A model generated the notes under the pieces. That model was not told where the DNA came from, ran no database searches, and saw only the letters and a program-made list of their open reading frames with translations. The position numbers were made by a program, and so were the translations under genes. A stretch of 61,095 bases of DNA, counting the filler. It is 14 parts of 14 records of this genome, joined end to end, with 100 filler letters (N's around TTAATTAATTAA, not from the genome) between each part and the next. Parts side by side here need not be neighbours in the genome. Positions count along the whole stretch, not along the records: positions 56,865 to 61,095 come from SRR7504441_20339; 13 more parts are not named here. The stretch is one strand, 5' to 3'. Positions 56,900 to 61,095 of this stretch are shown here, piece by piece; the first letter of the stretch is position 1, and every line of letters starts with the position of its first letter.

Positions 56900-57817
56900 G
56901 CTCGGTCGCGCGTGTCTGAATGCGCGAGTGACCACTCGGCAATCATTGGGCTTGGCCACAGAACCTAGTGCCGACTGCGTGTTGTGGCAGAAAGGGTCCA
57001 CAGAGATCCACGCTGTGTTTGTGGAGGCAAGCGCAGCATGCGACCCGACGTGCATTCATGTCCATCTGACAGCGGCGCCGCGTGGCCTTCAGGCAGACTG
57101 TCCCGTTTGTCTTGCTGGTACTGTGCCAGTTTGGTACGGGGCCGAGCCCTGCCGAGCCGCCTCTTGCCTCAGCGAGTGCGCCAGATCATCGCAGGACTTG
57201 ACATACGTGTCCTTCTCCTCCAGCTCACAGATCGAGTCCTCGCCGCAGCACTCGTACTTTAGTGGCGGGCTGATGTCGTTGTCATAAAGCCCGACCGCAG
57301 AAAGGTTGGTCATCCCGTCGAGCAGCCCTCTAAACCGGCCGGCAGGCGCCAATTCAGAATTGTCCACGATCTGAACCACCCGCATCTGGTGCTGCTCGGG
57401 GTAGAATAGCGGTTCGGGCAGTGAGCGCAGGCGCTTGTTGCTGTGGATGAACATGTGGGAGAAGTTTGGCAGGTTGTCCAACACACGGTCTGGCAGCAGG
57501 TGCATGTGGCTGTTGTGGCTCATCGTCAGCACTCGGATATCGCCAGCACAGTCGAGACTGCCCAGCAGGAACGCAGGATGCAGCTTAGAGACGTTGGCGT
57601 GCACCAACCGGACCTCGCACGGCGGGCAGGGCAGCCCCGGCTGCGCCCCTGTCTCGCAGCCGCATACGTATGGGTAGGTCTGGAGGTCGCGGCAGCAGAG
57701 GTCGGCTGTGCCGTTGTTCTCCGTGCTGTAGTGGATGCAGGGCACCGCCGCCACCAGCAGGCAGCACCACGCCACGAGCACAATCAGCACGAGCGTAATC
57801 TTGTGTCCAGCCGGCAT
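56900..57817 (-). CDS. Secreted/membrane leucine-rich-repeat protein; 3' end uncertain
   Basis: Hydrophobic N-terminus; LRR-like VLTMSHN..LPDRVLDNLPN and LDGMTNLSAVGLYDNDI. Confidence 0.6.
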
Positions 57818-57848
57818 GAGGACGTAACGGATCCATCTCTCAAAGCTC

Positions 57849-58650
57849 ATGGGCTCACCCGAGGAGTGCCTTCACGTATCCGCGGGCGACTTCGAGGTGA
57901 GCCGTCGATTCGGCGAGCGCGGAGGCCTGGGGCGGTCCAGATCTATGGCGGCCAGCTGCAGCTCTCCGCAGACTACCGCAAGGCGGCCGAGGACGTCGAA
58001 AGCGGCCAACACGCCGACTCGCTGAACCTGCCTCCGGCCTCAGCTCTGGTGATCACCAAGCGCCCGTGTGAGTGCTCGACGAGGCGGCACAACCTAACAC
58101 CGCGCCATTTGTCCAGCCTTCGCCTACGAAGCAAGTTTCAACATCGTGCGAGCCTGCCTGACGCTGCCATTCACCATAATCGAGTTCACCGGCTGGCTGG
58201 CCTTTATGACGGTCGCTCTGACCGTTCTGTCCATTTGGACTTCGATCTTCATCTACTTCATAACCCATGGGTATGTTTCGCCCAATGACGACGCTGGGGC
58301 CCCACTGAGGGCTTTTGCTCAGCTTTCCAGTCTGGCACTTTCCTGCAGAATTTCGTGGAACACAGCTCCCTCCGGCTTACGCAGTCCACGACTAGTGTAA
58401 TCAAGAGCGTCGTTTCAGACCACAAGCTTCAGGCGCCTCTTGGCATTCCTGGAACAATGTGTGTCGGCCAGCGCGCGAGCGAGCGTTTCTGCGCGAACTG
58501 AACCACAGCACCTTCGTCTACGTATATGCTCAGAAAGTGTCCACTACCCGGACGATAGCGCGAGTTTGGCAGCCATAGATATATCACAGGTCCATGCAGA
58601 GGGAACGGCTTCACACCCTACTTAGAACGTTCAGTTGCGGCCAGCAAATG
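57849..58650 (+). CDS. Hypothetical membrane protein, spliced; 3' end uncertain
   Basis: MGSPEECLHVSAGDFE|IYGG via a 44-nt GT-AG intron; later TM exon WLAFMTVALTVLSIWTSIFIYFI. Confidence 0.4.
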
Positions 58651-58821
58651 TATAGCATCGTCGTCACAATAATTTCCCGCATTTCCATCCAAGTCATTCT
58701 TGAAACGTACATAAACACGGGAGTAATACCTACGCCTCGAGCGAATTAGAGTTTTAGTTTGATGTGAATTATAATTCTGACGTTAACTCATAGCGCGGTA
58801 ATAGCAAGGGGCCATGTTAGT

Positions 58822-60112
58822 TCAAAGCTTACTCGGGACAGTTTTAGCATGCAACTTGTTATATTCATCGCTCAAGATTTGATCGACCCTCACTGGTTGG
58901 TTGGCTCGCAGTTTGACCAGTTTCTGCAGCTGTTTTCCAAAGACCACTTCACGCTTACCAGACTCACAAGCCTCGATTGTGAGGGCCGCGGCCCGCTCCG
59001 CCGTCATCATCTTACTCAGCTCTGCTTCAGTCACCCCAAGTCCCACCCTGCCCACCCCACGCGCTCAGCCGCCTGCAGCTGTATCAGGCGCACCGGGAGC
59101 CGTCTGGGCCTTCCAAATTGCCAAGGATGCCGGTGTTCACAGGCCCAGGGCAAACAATCGACACAGAGATTTCCTTTGGCTGCAACTCGCAGCGCAGAGC
59201 TCCGAAAAATCCATGGAGCGCCCACTTGGAGGCGCAATAGCCAGTCTGCGTGGCGGCCACCATCAGGCCCAATGCCGAGCTCACCACCACAATCCTCGAT
59301 TGCCCTGGCACCAGTGACGGCAGCGCTGCCTGCGCCACCGCTGCCGCCCCCATAAAATTGACCTGCATCATGCGTTGGACCAGCCCCGGGGCCGACTGGC
59401 TCAGGTGGCAGTTCTGCGACATGCCAGCGTTCAGCACAAGCCTGTGGATCTCCTCCCCAAACTCGGCCTGTGTCACTGCCACGAGTCGTTCGCACTGCCT
59501 CTGGTCCGCCACATCCGTCGGCACCACCAGCAGCTGGCTATGCGGGTGCGCCGCCCGGCAGGCCGCCGCCACCTTCTGTAGCTCGCTCTCGCGACGGCCG
59601 GCTAGCACCACCCGGCAGCGCTTGGCGGCGTATTGAATCGCCACCTGGGCCCCGATGCCGCTCGACGCCCCGGTCACCAGCACCACGGCTCCATCGGGCA
59701 GCTCAGGTTGTCCCAGGGCCGGTTGGGGCAGGTCCCGTCCGAGCAGCCGCTGAATCGGGGACGGGTCCAAGTACTCTTCGAGCATCGCTATCAGGCCGGA
59801 CGGCAGGCAGCGCACAGCAATCAGGCAAGGCATTTCGACGGCCTGGCCCGCCACAGTCAGCCGTGTGGTGTGCTGCTCGATGAATCCGTCGCTGGTGGGC
59901 ACCACCCGCCGGTCCAGGTACTCGGGCCGGCCGAGCCTCGCCAGCGGGCCGGTGCTGGCCTGTGCGGCGAATTCAGGGTAGCCTATCCCGTCCTGCCGAG
60001 CGGCCGGCCCATACCGCACGCACAGCCGGGCCTCCGGGGCGAACAGCGCGCCGGCCGCCGCGTACTCGCCCTTCTCAAAGTGCCCGAACAGCCGGTCGGC
60101 GAGCGCCTGCAT
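58822..60112 (-). CDS. SnoaL/NTF2-like domain fused to a classical SDR (DHRS7-like)
   Basis: VLVTGASSGIG, LVLNAG, VNFMG, SS, YCASK, CPGPV; N-terminal ALFAPEA..IAMLEEYLD; 46-nt intron near the 3' end. Confidence 0.85.
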
Positions 60113-60200
60113 CGCCTTCGGCCGCCTCGGGTTTTTGCCGTTGTTTTTCGGGGCTCCCGCAGCAGGTGGGCTACGTGCAGCGGGGTCTCGCGTGCTGAAG

Positions 60201-60507
60201 ATGCCGGACGCCCCGACCCAGCCTGACGGCGGTCGAGCCGAGGGCCCGCCGGTGCTGCTCTTCCCGTCGCTGGCTGGCTCGGTGCTCGAGTGCCAGCAGA
60301 GCAGGGTGCCTGGATTCCAGGGAAAGCGGATATGGATGGCGGGACTGGACATGCTGATCACCAAGAAAGGCGAGTTCAGGCTGTCGGTCAAGGACGAGGA
60401 TCAGCTTTCCAGCCAGCAGATCACTCAGCCGTTTGTGCAGCACATCGTGCTCCAGCCGAATTCTGATGGCAAGGACATCGGGGGAATTGTCGTGCGGCCC
60501 AAGGAGC
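60201..60507 (+). pseudogene. N-terminal fragment of an LCAT/PDAT-family acyltransferase, truncated
   Basis: PPVLLFPSLAGSVLE, RIWM, GIVVRP; similarity is lost after about 60507. Confidence 0.65.
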
Positions 60508-61095
60508 CCAGTCCCGGGAGAAAAGCACGACCGCAAGGAAGTTCTGAAGGAGAAATACCACGATCTCGAAGATGTCGTCAAGAGGCGTTTCAAATCGTGC
60601 CGTGAATCACTGAGTAATAATTCAGTCTGTGCGGTATTCGCCAAGTCTGGGTCTCGGAGGATGAATATTTATCGCCGACAATTGCGGAATCTGGTAGTGT
60701 TCCTGGCGCTCGGATGCCTTTCACTTCTGGTCCTTATATTGACAACTGGAATGGCAATGGACTACAACATCATAAAAACATTTGCCTGGGGGTCGGCCAG
60801 ACTGGTGGTCGTCGATGAGGCACTCACACTCAGCTTGGGTGGGGAGACTGGCGCGAAGCTATTACAGAACATTGCTAGCGGCGGGAACAGGGTCTGGATA
60901 GGAATGCTGACCTATGCGTATGCAGGAAACTTAGACAACCAAATAGGCACGCACTGCTTTATGTCGTATGACGAATGCAGGCATTGGACCGTGGTCCCTG
61001 GGGAGTACACTGCTGTGTCTTCAACGTGCGATCTGGGGTTGCTACCTTCAACTTGCCAATCGTGCTATGATGCTGGATGGAGAAGCCTAATTACC
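60508..61095 (+). CDS. Membrane protein ORF open to the window end (not in ORF track)
   Basis: Continuous frame PVPGEKHD..MNIYRRQLRNLVVFLALGCLSLLVLILTTG..AWG..RVWIGM..CQSCYDAG. Confidence 0.6.

Overview
Not a continuous locus: 14 short contigs (about 3-6 kb) joined by 13 artificial 100-bp spacers (N-run + TTAATTAATTAA + N-run). The DNA comes from a GC-rich, very compact unicellular eukaryote, probably flagellated (axonemal dynein light chain); the lineage cannot be assigned from sequence alone. About 35 genes or gene fragments are visible, including ATG1/ULK, a TET-like dioxygenase, Mpv17, DNALI1-like, SMARCC, CHMP2, ABC1 kinase, JmjC, GH2, GH43, M3 peptidase, FRA10AC1, CABLES, WDR82, PHF12-like, TAF6, an SDR and an LCAT-like fragment. 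Most are split by very short introns that the ORF track misses. Main points of interest: (1) an animal-type TET catalytic domain fused to LysM-like and PHD domains; (2) introns mostly 36-43 nt with a high share of GC-AG donors and no polypyrimidine tract; (3) homologous introns at different insertion sites, suggesting an introner-like family; (4) an internally inverted and deleted HtrA/Deg gene plus other chimeric junctions, which could be real rearrangement or MDA artefact; (5) several unusual domain architectures. All gene models and alignments were made by eye, without database searches.
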